NCBI GenBank assembly: GCA_045532735.1
Contig: JAZSGL010000091.1
Span: forward strand, 29,275-93,274
Length of the DNA stretch: 64,000 bases
Direction of reading: 5' to 3'
Source of the DNA: Paludibacteraceae bacterium
GTDB lineage: Bacteria > Bacteroidota > Bacteroidia > Bacteroidales > Paludibacteraceae
This document shows positions 41,349-51,541 of this stretch, piece after piece. The stretch's first letter is position 1, and each line of letters starts with the position of its first letter. Position numbers and translations under genes: made by a program. The notes beneath the pieces are model-generated. The model was not told where the DNA came from. It made no database searches and saw only the letters and a list, made by a program, of their open reading frames with translations.

Positions 41349-43118
41349 TTACCATCCCCACTCTGTATTTTGTGAGAGTGTATATCCTTTGGTCTTATAT
41401 AGTGTGATTTGGCCAGAAGGAATAGGGTTGATATAGTTGCGCTTGATAGGACGCTCGCGTTGACCTAAGGTATTGCGCAAGATATATCCTTCAGTAGCGT
41501 TAGGGTCTTCCAGTACTACCTCTGTACCTCTCTTAGGGAAATCGCTCAAGCGGATATATGCACCATAGCGGATATCAGGGTTACAACCATTCCATAGGTA
41601 ATCGAGTTTGCACCAACGCTTGAGGTCGTTGAGGCGGAAGCCTTCCATGCAGAGCTCTATGCGACGCTCACGGCGGATCTCCCATAACATAGCATCGGTA
41701 ATACCGCCATCGGCATTTTGCTCGATTTGCATGCGTTTAGGATCATCAAATACCACTCCATTGATAGCAGGTTGGCCACCTACTATTTGCAATGCAGGCA
41801 AGTTGACATCCTCGCGTGCGCGAATCTTATTGATTGATTTGTCCAGATCAGCCTGTGTAAATGCTTCACCAGCGAGCAAGTGCAATTCGTATGCTGCCTC
41901 GGCGTAGTTGAGCAATACCTCTGCATAACGCACACATGGTGCATCGGTGGTATTCTTCTCTCTAGCCCAAGTAGGTTCTGGTTTGTCCACCTTGCTGTCG
42001 TCCATAAACTTGCTCCAAGAATAGCCCGAAAGTGAGTAGTTGAATGGCTGATTGTCCTCGCCCTTGATATAATATTTAGGACGAATACATTGTGCTAGAC
42101 GAGCATCACGATTAGCAAAAAAGTCATTTGCAGTTGGTGCAACCCAATTAGCATCTTTGCAATATACAGGCAGACCATCGCTAGCCACGAATGCCTCGGC
42201 GAGTGAGCGGCTCAATCCCGCTTGTGCCTCGGTATAGGAATAAGCGAGGGTAGAGTGGGCTAGTACACCATCCACATAGTGGCGATGCATAATAATCTCA
42301 AGATTGCTACCTAGATCTTCGCTAGTAAAGAGAGCCTTGTAGGAAGGCGTGATTGAATATTTATTAGACTTCATCACGATTTCTGCAGCTGCTTTAGCCA
42401 TCGTCAAGCATTTTTTAGCCAATTCGGTATCGATATTGTGATACTTGAGGAAAGTACCCTCGCGCAACATAAGGCGAGATGCCATAGCAGCAACCACATA
42501 GCGGTTGACTTGCAAAGCACCATCATTCTCGCGTACGCTATCCATAGCATATTGGAAGTCTGCCATGATGCATGAGTCCACATACGCGCGTGGGTCGCGA
42601 TCCTTATACAGGTAGTCCATGTCCTCTTTGCTAGAGCTGAGCTTAGGAACGCGGTCATACCAAGGTACATCACCATAGCGGAAGACTAGGTTGCTATAGT
42701 AGCAAGCACGGAAGAAGCGTGCTACGCCACGCCAGTGGTTCTTAGCCGCAGGAGTAGCATCAATGCGATCAATGCTAGCTAGGGCATAATTGGCTTTGCG
42801 GATATTAGAAAAACTCCATGATCCGTCTGACTCTGGTACAACCTCAGGGGTAAGATTCTTTTGTTCTTGATCAGAGGCAAAATCATCGTTGGATGTTTGT
42901 CCCATTAGGAACGAACCATGTGATGCTCCTGAACCATATCCAGAGAAGATGGAGGTGTAGAAACCATACATATAGGTGCGAGCTTGATCCTCGTTTTGCC
43001 AATACTCCTCATCGGTGAAATCATCGTAAGGAGGTTGGTTGAGGAAACTGTCGCAACTGGTCATCGTAAAGGCCAATACTACAGCCCAAACGGATAGAAA
43101 AATATATTTTGTTTTCAT
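41349..43118 (-). CDS. susD: SusD/RagB-family lipoprotein
   Basis: MKTKYIFLSVWAVVLAFTMTSCDSF from the ATG at 43118 (43124 is also possible). The SusD-like C-terminus RERRIELCMEGFRLNDLKRW is present. Confidence 0.9.
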   Translation of the reverse strand: MKTKYIFLSVWAVVLAFTMTSCDSFLNQPPYDDFTDEEYWQNEDQARTYMYGFYTSIFSGYGSGASHGSFLMGQTSNDDFASDQEQKNLTPEVVPESDGSWSFSNIRKANYALASIDRIDATPAAKNHWRGVARFFRACYYSNLVFRYGDVPWYDRVPKLSSSKEDMDYLYKDRDPRAYVDSCIMADFQYAMDSVRENDGALQVNRYVVAAMASRLMLREGTFLKYHNIDTELAKKCLTMAKAAAEIVMKSNKYSITPSYKALFTSEDLGSNLEIIMHRHYVDGVLAHSTLAYSYTEAQAGLSRSLAEAFVASDGLPVYCKDANWVAPTANDFFANRDARLAQCIRPKYYIKGEDNQPFNYSLSGYSWSKFMDDSKVDKPEPTWAREKNTTDAPCVRYAEVLLNYAEAAYELHLLAGEAFTQADLDKSINKIRAREDVNLPALQIVGGQPAINGVVFDDPKRMQIEQNADGGITDAMLWEIRRERRIELCMEGFRLNDLKRWCKLDYLWNGCNPDIRYGAYIRLSDFPKRGTEVVLEDPNATEGYILRNTLGQRERPIKRNYINPIPSGQITLYKTKGYTLSQNTEWGW

Positions 43119-43156
43119 ATTCATACTATTACAAAGTTTCAACATTTCTGAGTTCA

Positions 43157-46100
43157 TTACAATGAGATTTGCAAACCGCAACTGAGTTGGCGGGTAAATG
43201 GATAGATACGACCGAATCCCATTGCACCACCATCACCTGCAGACGTAGCAGTTTCTGGGTCGATTGGCAAATCACCGAGGTGGTCTATCTCGCACACATT
43301 TTCAGCGCTGAAATATACGCGGAACTTATTAAAGTGCATTTTCTTGAGCACCTTGCTAGGTAAGCTATAACCAATGGTGATATTCTTCAATCGAAGATAA
43401 CTCATATCCAATAGATAGCGTGTTTGGCAAAGGAAGTTGAAGCCAGCAGCAGAATATTGTCCAGGTTGGTTGGTCTCTGTCAAGCGAGGATAATATGCGT
43501 CGGTGTTTTCAGGAGTCCAATAGTCGGTTTGGTGAGCATAGTATGTACCCTCAGAGAAGTTCCACCCAGGAATCATCATGGTACCAGTAGCCCAATATTG
43601 GCGTGAACCTACACCTTGGAAGAAGATGTTGAGGTCAACACCATACCACTCTGCACCGATCTTGAAGTTGTACTCATAGCGTGGAGTAGCGTTACCGATA
43701 CGGCTCCAGTCACCATGTTTGTCCACGGTCTTGTCGCCCCATGTGATCTCGCCATTGCCGTCTAGGTCTTTGTACTTCACGTCGCCAGGACCATACTTGT
43801 AGTCATAGCCATTACTCTTCTCGAAATATTCTTGCGAAGCAATGCCATCTACTAATGTTCCATCTGCGTTGAAATCACTCTCTTGGAAGAGACGGTCGGT
43901 AGTAAAGCCCCAGATCTCACCATAGATCTTACCCTCGTAGTTGCTACCATCGATGACAGATGAAGTCTTGCGTGGGTGCTTGGTAACGATGGTGATAGCA
44001 TCTGCTAGATTAGCAGAGATATTCAGGCGAAGTCCATTAGCAAAACGGTGGTGGTAGTCAATACCGAGTTCCCATCCGTTGGTGGTCAATTGTGCCGCAT
44101 TCTCGTAAGGAGCAGTAGCACCGAATGTGCTAGGCACTTCGCTACCACCTACTACCATGCCGTCGTTGATACGGCGATATATATCAAAACTTACGCCTAA
44201 GTCGTCGTTGAAGAAGCGTGTGTCAATACCACCATTGATGGTCTTGATGGTTTCCCAGGTAAATCCTTCTGCCAATGCAGTAGGAAGACCGAATGTAAGT
44301 TTGTTGGTTTCGCCTACAATCCAGCCGCTGTTGGATGAAGCCATAATAGCGCGGAAACGGTTGTCACCAATATCTTGGTTACCGATCGAACCATAAGAAG
44401 CACGCAATTTGAGGAAGCTCCAATATGGATTAAGAGCCTCCCAGAAGTTTTCCTCACTAGCTACCCATCCGAGTGAACCTGAAGGGAAGAAACCCCATTG
44501 TTGGTCGGTTGGGAAACGTGAAGAACCGTCGAAGCGTCCGTTCAACTCAATCAAGTAGCGGTTTTTGTAAGAATAGTTAGCACGTGCGAAGAAGCCCATA
44601 ATAGCCCAAGAAGTGTGGCTGCCATAGATAAACTTATCGCCGATAGAGAGGGAGATCTCAGGTTTGTTTTGATCCAACAAATCACGAATCTCTGCATTGA
44701 AATAATCCACCTCTTTGTACTCAATATTCATACCAGCAAAAGCGCTGAATGAATGTGCGTCGTTCCAGGTGTGTTTATAGCGAAGTACGGCGTTACCTGC
44801 GTGGTAGTTGCGGTTGTATTGGTATTTGTCCACCTTGTTGCGTCCGCTGGCTGCCCAGTTGTCCACGAGTGCCATACCACCACCACTCCAGAAATCCCAA
44901 CCACCGACAGTACCACCGCGTTGGGTGATATGTTGGTTGTCGAGGTTGTAAGTGTAGTCAATATCCAATGTCAAGTCAGGAGTACCCAACACGAAGGTTG
45001 CGCCTACAGAGAAACGCATATAGTCTTTGACATCTGTATCCATACTAGCTGCCGCAGTCTCAGTCACAGAGTTGCGGAATGGATGACCTTCGTAAGTACC
45101 ATATGGCATGATAGATGGCCAACGATATAGATAATAGAGTGCATCATAAGATGAGGTACCAAAATTAAATGGAGTCTCCAAGTTGGTGCGTGTATAGAGC
45201 GCTTTGCTACGTACCTTGAGCCAAGGTTTGATCTCGGTATCGGTAGAATAGTTAACTGAGAAACGGTTATATGAGTCAGGATTTACCTTTACTACACCAC
45301 CTTGTCCCATATAGCTGAGTCCCATATAGTAGTTGGTCTTGCCAGCAGTACCCGAGAAACTCATGTTGTGTTGTTGGCTGAATGAGAAATCTTTTACATA
45401 CTCATTAGCTGCATTCCAACTGCGATAGAAGTGAGGGATACCCGATTTGAGTACGAAGTCACGACCTTCTACCATCTCAGGACCTAGATCTACATTGCCA
45501 AACATTTGATCCCATTCGCGCATCATATCAATATCATCAGCATCCCATACCAAGCCGCATGCGTTTTGGAAAATGGTTGTACCTGGTGAACGACGATTGC
45601 GGGCATCCAATGCCATCTCTGCACCGATATACGATTTAGCGATCTCAGGCAAGGCAGTAGGAGTAGCCCATGAGAAGTTATTAGAATAGGTAACATTGAA
45701 TTTAGCATCTGTACCAGAACCAGATTTGGTGGTGATAAGAATCACACCAAATGCAGCGCGTGTACCATAGATACTAGAAGATGCAGCATCTTTCAATACA
45801 GAGATCTCCTTGATATCATCTGCGTTGATCATAGAGATGTCACTAATCTCTACTCCGTCCACGAGGATCAGAGGTTGGCTACCACCTTCGTTGAGCAATG
45901 TACCGACAGCACCACGAATACGGAATTTAGGTGTATCGCCCAAGCGGCCAGATGAGTTGGTAACAGTAAGACCAGCAACGGCACCTTGCATACCCGTACC
46001 GATGTTGGCAATAGGACGACCTTCGAGTTGGTCTTCTACGCTAATAGAACCTACTGCTCCTGTGAGGTTAGCTTTGCGTTGTGTGTCATAACCAACCACC

Positions 46101-46402
46101 ACAACCTCTTCCAATACACGAGTATCTTCGCGTAATACAACATTGATAGTAGAACGATTGTTGATACTCTCAGTGGCAGTAGCATAACCAATGTATGAGA
46201 ACTGCAATTGTGCATCGTTAGGAATATCAATGCTGTAGAAACCATCAAAGTCGGTGATTGTACCATTAGATGTGCCAGTCTGCACTACACTTACACCAAT
46301 CAATGGTTCGCCTTGAGCATCCGTTACTTGACCTGTAACGATAGCTGCATTGGCTACCAATACAGTAGCCAATGCGATGAATAGAAATGCTAATCGTTTC
46401 AT
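43157..46402 (-). CDS. susC: SusC/RagA-family TonB-dependent transporter
   Basis: VTGQVTDAQGEPLIGVSVVQ and VVVVGYDTQRKANLTGAVGSISV. No STN domain. The start codon overlaps the stop of the upstream giant gene (ATGA at 46399-46402). Confidence 0.95.
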   Translation of the reverse strand: MKRLAFLFIALATVLVANAAIVTGQVTDAQGEPLIGVSVVQTGTSNGTITDFDGFYSIDIPNDAQLQFSYIGYATATESINNRSTINVVLREDTRVLEEVVVVGYDTQRKANLTGAVGSISVEDQLEGRPIANIGTGMQGAVAGLTVTNSSGRLGDTPKFRIRGAVGTLLNEGGSQPLILVDGVEISDISMINADDIKEISVLKDAASSSIYGTRAAFGVILITTKSGSGTDAKFNVTYSNNFSWATPTALPEIAKSYIGAEMALDARNRRSPGTTIFQNACGLVWDADDIDMMREWDQMFGNVDLGPEMVEGRDFVLKSGIPHFYRSWNAANEYVKDFSFSQQHNMSFSGTAGKTNYYMGLSYMGQGGVVKVNPDSYNRFSVNYSTDTEIKPWLKVRSKALYTRTNLETPFNFGTSSYDALYYLYRWPSIMPYGTYEGHPFRNSVTETAAASMDTDVKDYMRFSVGATFVLGTPDLTLDIDYTYNLDNQHITQRGGTVGGWDFWSGGGMALVDNWAASGRNKVDKYQYNRNYHAGNAVLRYKHTWNDAHSFSAFAGMNIEYKEVDYFNAEIRDLLDQNKPEISLSIGDKFIYGSHTSWAIMGFFARANYSYKNRYLIELNGRFDGSSRFPTDQQWGFFPSGSLGWVASEENFWEALNPYWSFLKLRASYGSIGNQDIGDNRFRAIMASSNSGWIVGETNKLTFGLPTALAEGFTWETIKTINGGIDTRFFNDDLGVSFDIYRRINDGMVVGGSEVPSTFGATAPYENAAQLTTNGWELGIDYHHRFANGLRLNISANLADAITIVTKHPRKTSSVIDGSNYEGKIYGEIWGFTTDRLFQESDFNADGTLVDGIASQEYFEKSNGYDYKYGPGDVKYKDLDGNGEITWGDKTVDKHGDWSRIGNATPRYEYNFKIGAEWYGVDLNIFFQGVGSRQYWATGTMMIPGWNFSEGTYYAHQTDYWTPENTDAYYPRLTETNQPGQYSAAGFNFLCQTRYLLDMSYLRLKNITIGYSLPSKVLKKMHFNKFRVYFSAENVCEIDHLGDLPIDPETATSAGDGGAMGFGRIYPFTRQLSCGLQISL

Positions 46403-49400
46403 TTTATTACTTTGTTTCCGTTAATAATATACATACCTTGTGGCAAGTTGCTATCATCCTCGCCCAAATATTGGCCTGTGATAGTATAGATACCACTCTT
46501 GATGATTGCCTGGTTAGCATCCACATTTTCTAGACCTGTGGCAATGATAGTCAATTGATCATCGTCAGGAGCAGATACTGCGCATGTGTATTCAGTAGAA
46601 GGCAATGCCCAAGCACTTACGCTACCTGCGCCCGAAGCGTAGATATTACCTGCCACATCAAATACGATATTCCAGCATGATTGTGCGAAGCTGGTCTCAA
46701 TGCGACCTGCGGCCTCTAGTGAAGGAATGCCTTGTGCATCGTATTTCACATCCCAGATGAGAATGCCACCTGTGATAGCAGTAGCCATCTTGGTCATATC
46801 TTGGTTGAATCCAAGTGCACCACGGGTACGACCACCTAGCGCACCTGCTGAATTATAATCCACCTTACCCTCTTTGTTGATGTGAATCAAAGCAGGGATT
46901 TCTGCGTTGTCAGCAGAACGGTCTTGGCTGATCCACCAACCATACTCATCAGGTTGGATGAAACTGTTACCATTTTGTTGGAGGAAGTCAGCGTTGTCAA
47001 ATACGAGTTTGCTTGGTGCTTGTTCCCATGGTGTTGCGAGCTCGCCAATATTGTATTGATACAATCCCATAGGGTGAACGAGTCCAGGCATGTTGATATC
47101 CTCGTCAAAGGTGTAGATGACGCGGTCTTTGCCAGTGCCTTCTACCCAGATGTGGCTGATAGAACCGTGGATATCCTTACCATCCGCTGCGGTATAGATA
47201 CCATTTTCAGCAGGAGTACCGCCGAAGATAGGATTTAGTACGCTGGTGTTAGCAGGATCCATGATGTATGCGTTGTTAGGATATACATCTGCCCACTCTG
47301 AGATATACAACATATGGTCAGGACCTACAGTCACGCGGCATGGAGCGCTGACAGCGGCGCACCATTTGTCAGAAGTTACCTTCTCGATCATATCCATAGT
47401 AGCGTCGTAGATATAGATAGCTTTGTTCTCTAGCACCTTGTCACCACTAGACTCGGCCACATAGAGTTGTCCAAAGTATGGTGAGTTGTAATCATTGTCA
47501 ATAGCAAGACCCTTAGATGCCATCATCTTATCAGGCAAGTTGTCGATTGCGCAGAATGCTTCGCCCTCTCCTGGCAATGGTAAACTGGTGGCTTTGAGTG
47601 CCCAGTTGTAGGTGCCTTGTGGCAAGCCTGAGAGATTCACTTCAATGCGGTGTGCACCTTGTGTACGGTTCTCCTCTTGGTTGAGAGGACGGGTAGCTAC
47701 TACTTGTTTTGCTTCGTCTAGGAGTTGCAGTTCTAATCCAGCAGCAGGTGCATTGAGGACATAGGTGAGGATAACCTTGTTGTCAGACAAGGTAGCAGAT
47801 GACATGCTAGATGTATATGCATTCAATCCCTCTTTGCGTACGCCGGTTTGTACGCCTGGATCTTCTTCCTCTTCTTCACCCGAAACGCGTGGATAAGACT
47901 CGCGGTTGAGAGGTACGCGTGTGGTATAGGTGTTGTTGGTCTTTGGCAATGAGTACACCATCAATCGCTCGTTGGTGTTGGATACGATATAGAGGTTACC
48001 AGCAGCGTCGAAGTCCATACCCATGGTTACTACTTCGTTTTCGCTCCATTTGATGATATATTTCTCGGTCAATGTAGGTTTGCCAGTAGCATCGTATTCT
48101 ACTTCCCAAATCTTCACGGTACCATATTCAGTACCCAATGCTACAAGCGAGCCGTCCGCATTGACAGCCATACCACCTTGTTGAACAGCATCCACACCAT
48201 TGTTGGAGATATTGAAGTCCACTTCACCCTTAGCGTTCACGTGGATCAAACCAGGCTTAGCGTAACTTGAGTTATAACGGTATTGACTCATAAAGAAACC
48301 GCCGTGTTGGTCGTATGCCAACTGGCCACTACCGTTCTCCATGAATACATTGGTCATATCCTTATAGATGGTAGCAGTAGGCACTTGCTTCCATGGCAAG
48401 CTATCGAGTTCACCAATATTGTATTGCATGATATTACTATATACAGTACCCATGGAGTTATCGCGGTCATAGGTATAGAGCACTTCGTCTTTGCCTAAAC
48501 CAGTTACATAGCAGTCCATAATAGGGTTGGTAACAACTTTTGAACCAGACTTCAATTGGCCAGTTGATTTGCTGCGTTTACCACCAAAGAGAGTGATGAA
48601 GTTGCCTTCAGGCTTAGCAGCCTCCATGATATAGATACCAGCAGAAGTATATGATGAGCTAGGTACGAATACATCGCCGTTAGGAGCTACAGCAGGACGG
48701 GTAAGTGCCCATTGGTAGTTGGTACCGGTGTTGTTAGCACCCCATTCTACATTACCATGCCAAGCATTAGCACCTTGGTTGGTGATATCTTGGAAGTCGC
48801 TACTGAGGACATAGACGCCCATGCTAGAGTTACGGAAGGATTCAGCTGTACCGTATTCGCATTGTCCAGCCACAGAGTTAGTCACGTAAACGCGACCGAA
48901 ATAAGGGCTAGCAGGTGTTTTGTCAACAGCTACACCGCGAGGAGCGTAGAATTGGAATATCTCATCATCGTTGCTCACCTTCACAGGGAAAGCTACAGGG
49001 CGTGCAGTAGCAGTAATGCTGTAGTGATCAAATGCTGTCTTACCGAATGGGTTAGCTACTTTGTTCGCACCTTTCTTGAGCGCACCAACAGATTTTGTAT
49101 CCACAATTTCGTTGTTCTTCTCAATAGAAATAGTGACATCGGTAGCATCCTCGTTGAGACGGAAGATGAAGTTCTTACCATCATAGTCCACCTCACCTGC
49201 ATAGATATTTGCTACAGCAGAAGAGAGTGTTTGGTAGTGTTGCATTACTCCATCAGCCATGGTGATAATGTGCATGGTATAACCATCTACCCAAGCCATA
49301 GTATGTACTTGTGGTGCATCGGTTGCGGTAGTTCCAGGATAAGGATCACTGGCAACCTTGGCATTAGCAACACCCTCGGTCACATCATACAATTGGAATT

Positions 49401-51525
49401 GGATGCCATTGTTTGTTGGCTGAGCCATATATGCGTGATCAGCATAGCGCAAGAAGGAAGCACCTTGCTTAGTACAAACATCTCCTGTAGGAGAGAAAGT
49501 AAGTTGCTTATTGGTCAAATCCTCTTTTGCAGTAGAGGTTGCTACTTTTGCTTTGTTAGCGTCCTCATCGTATGTAATCGTATAGAGGGTAGTACCTTCG
49601 CCGAGGTAGTATTTACTCTCCCAGCGTGCTGCGCTAACTGCAAATGAATTACCTTTGACACCCAAAACAGAGAATAGTTTGGTAGGGTTTTGCATATTTT
49701 CATCCCACACATAGAAAGTACCTTGGTCTTTCACTTTAGCTACGAGGTAGTCATCCGCAGTGAATCCCATGTCGCAAAGTTCGACACCAGTAGGAAGTGG
49801 TAACGGAGTGGTAACGGTAAAGTCAAGAGAGTTTTGGGTGATCTTTCCATTTGCCAAAATATAGATGTATCCGTTACGATATAGCGCGCGCGTGATATTA
49901 TTAGGTGTAGTCTTTACTTCGTTGACCAATTCGAATTCATATTTGTCCAATGCAGCAGCATCGTTATCGGCTTGTGGATAATCCTCTACATGCATACGAA
50001 CATTCTTTAGGCGCACTTTGACACCAGCAATTTCTTCTGCAGCAACAGTGATTTCTTGAGAATAGGTGCTATATTTATCTTTCGTAACAACCAATTTGTA
50101 TGTACCAGGGGTAAGGTCATAGAAGGCAAAAATACCATTGTACCAATCATCGGTAGTTTTTTCGGCAATTTTCTTTGTGCCTTGATAGAGTTCTACCTTA
50201 GCGCCGTTCAAAGGCAACCATTGGTCGTCGGAATTCTGTACATATACGAATTTAGGTTCGCCCAATACATCCACGAGTTCGTTGCTCGATTTCACCCAAC
50301 CGCTAATGGTAGCAGTTTGTGGCAATTTCACATCAAACCACTTGTGGAAGTGGTGGAACATACGCAAAGCTTCGAGTTTGCAATAATCATCGTTCATCAA
50401 ACGGTGTGTCTCTGGAGCATAGTCGTGGAAACTACCTTCGCTAAGGAATCCAGGAACAGTAAGTGGACGAAGAACTCCCAATCCCATATCATCACCATAG
50501 AAAGTGAAGTCGCCGCGCAGCAATGGTTTAGGACTGGTCCAAACGGTGAGTTCGTTCAAGATTTGTAAATTACCGCTACTTTCAGCCATCTTATCGCTGA
50601 GTGGCACAGTAGGTTGGTCGTTGTATCCATGATAGAGCATCAATAGATAGTTGGTTCGTCCGTTCAATGCATTAGAGTGGATAGATAGGAAGTGATCCAC
50701 ATCGTTTGCGTTGGCTTCTTCTGCAATAGCGCTGAGATCACGGTCGTCACCATTGCGCAATTCTTCTTTCTCTTGCGCTGTAGCGCCAGGGTAATATTCT
50801 AAATCACGAATACCAGAGTTGTTGGTGTGGCGTGACATGATAACAGTAGCGCCTGCTTTCTTGAGCATCTCTTCGAGTGCTAAAGCTTTTGAGAGGTTGG
50901 ATTTGCTCTCCCAATAACCTGCAGGGTTGCTCCATGTTTCAGGTACAGGAACGGTCCAGCAACTACGGTCGTTAGCATCATAACCACCGTGACCAGCATT
51001 TAGATAGATCTTGATACCATTGAAGTTGGAGCGTGCAGATGTAGCATATTTGCGTGCTGCTAAGCGGATTGCTTGGCGTTGTTTCTCGCTAGCAATACGA
51101 GCTTCTTCTTTTTGAATGAAGTCTTGCTTTTCTACTTCGTTAAGATCGCGAGTTACTTTACCATCAATGGATCGTGAGATGTAACGAATATAGTCAATCT
51201 CATCGTGATCTTTGTAAAACTCTTGCATACCCGATACATGGTTGTTGTCCAACCATTTAGGAGCATTCATTCGTCCCATAGAGCGGACATTTTGGCCGTT
51301 GATATCGCACACGAATGTGCCATAACGAGCGGTGACATAGACAAGGTGCTTGCCGTCAGGCGAAACACTAGCCCAGAAATAACTAGCATCGTCTCCATTA
51401 GGAGCCAATACATAACTGCTTTCTCCGTCAGTTACCAACATCTTCTGATCTTGGATACTCACAGTCGGTTGCGCTACTAGCAGAGTAGTGAGCAGCAAAC
51501 TGAAAAATAAAGTAAGTTTACGCAT
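46399..51525 (-). CDS. Giant (1708 aa) secreted protein: PD40-like N-terminus, Amidase_3 domain, CarboxypepD_reg-like domain, two Ig/propeller supermodules, T9SS-type C-terminal domain
   Basis: The signal peptide is MRKLTLFFSLLLTTLLVAQ, followed by SPDGKHLVY. The amidase motifs are listed in the next feature. TPGTYKLVVTKDKYS marks the CarboxypepD_reg-like domain. The supermodules lie at 47908-49212 and 46567-47826. The tail is LPQGMYIINGNKVIK. Confidence 0.9.
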   Translation of the reverse strand: MRKLTLFFSLLLTTLLVAQPTVSIQDQKMLVTDGESSYVLAPNGDDASYFWASVSPDGKHLVYVTARYGTFVCDINGQNVRSMGRMNAPKWLDNNHVSGMQEFYKDHDEIDYIRYISRSIDGKVTRDLNEVEKQDFIQKEEARIASEKQRQAIRLAARKYATSARSNFNGIKIYLNAGHGGYDANDRSCWTVPVPETWSNPAGYWESKSNLSKALALEEMLKKAGATVIMSRHTNNSGIRDLEYYPGATAQEKEELRNGDDRDLSAIAEEANANDVDHFLSIHSNALNGRTNYLLMLYHGYNDQPTVPLSDKMAESSGNLQILNELTVWTSPKPLLRGDFTFYGDDMGLGVLRPLTVPGFLSEGSFHDYAPETHRLMNDDYCKLEALRMFHHFHKWFDVKLPQTATISGWVKSSNELVDVLGEPKFVYVQNSDDQWLPLNGAKVELYQGTKKIAEKTTDDWYNGIFAFYDLTPGTYKLVVTKDKYSTYSQEITVAAEEIAGVKVRLKNVRMHVEDYPQADNDAAALDKYEFELVNEVKTTPNNITRALYRNGYIYILANGKITQNSLDFTVTTPLPLPTGVELCDMGFTADDYLVAKVKDQGTFYVWDENMQNPTKLFSVLGVKGNSFAVSAARWESKYYLGEGTTLYTITYDEDANKAKVATSTAKEDLTNKQLTFSPTGDVCTKQGASFLRYADHAYMAQPTNNGIQFQLYDVTEGVANAKVASDPYPGTTATDAPQVHTMAWVDGYTMHIITMADGVMQHYQTLSSAVANIYAGEVDYDGKNFIFRLNEDATDVTISIEKNNEIVDTKSVGALKKGANKVANPFGKTAFDHYSITATARPVAFPVKVSNDDEIFQFYAPRGVAVDKTPASPYFGRVYVTNSVAGQCEYGTAESFRNSSMGVYVLSSDFQDITNQGANAWHGNVEWGANNTGTNYQWALTRPAVAPNGDVFVPSSSYTSAGIYIMEAAKPEGNFITLFGGKRSKSTGQLKSGSKVVTNPIMDCYVTGLGKDEVLYTYDRDNSMGTVYSNIMQYNIGELDSLPWKQVPTATIYKDMTNVFMENGSGQLAYDQHGGFFMSQYRYNSSYAKPGLIHVNAKGEVDFNISNNGVDAVQQGGMAVNADGSLVALGTEYGTVKIWEVEYDATGKPTLTEKYIIKWSENEVVTMGMDFDAAGNLYIVSNTNERLMVYSLPKTNNTYTTRVPLNRESYPRVSGEEEEEDPGVQTGVRKEGLNAYTSSMSSATLSDNKVILTYVLNAPAAGLELQLLDEAKQVVATRPLNQEENRTQGAHRIEVNLSGLPQGTYNWALKATSLPLPGEGEAFCAIDNLPDKMMASKGLAIDNDYNSPYFGQLYVAESSGDKVLENKAIYIYDATMDMIEKVTSDKWCAAVSAPCRVTVGPDHMLYISEWADVYPNNAYIMDPANTSVLNPIFGGTPAENGIYTAADGKDIHGSISHIWVEGTGKDRVIYTFDEDINMPGLVHPMGLYQYNIGELATPWEQAPSKLVFDNADFLQQNGNSFIQPDEYGWWISQDRSADNAEIPALIHINKEGKVDYNSAGALGGRTRGALGFNQDMTKMATAITGGILIWDVKYDAQGIPSLEAAGRIETSFAQSCWNIVFDVAGNIYASGAGSVSAWALPSTEYTCAVSAPDDDQLTIIATGLENVDANQAIIKSGIYTITGQYLGEDDSNLPQGMYIINGNKVIK
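50386..51015 (-). other. N-acetylmuramoyl-L-alanine amidase (Amidase_3) domain within the 1708-aa protein
   Basis: It spans aa 171-380: IKIYLNAGHGGYD (His), YWESKSNL (Glu), FLSIHSNAL (His) and FLSEGSFHD. This is the canonical Zn-ligand order. Confidence 0.8.
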
Positions 51526-51541
51526 GGATTAAATATTTAAG

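Noticed and set aside
48712-49647. 311-aa ORF (and 50056-50568, 46882-47238) antisense to the 1708-aa gene
   Set aside because: These are shadow ORFs inside a well-supported long gene, with Cys/Ser/Val-rich nonsense-like composition.
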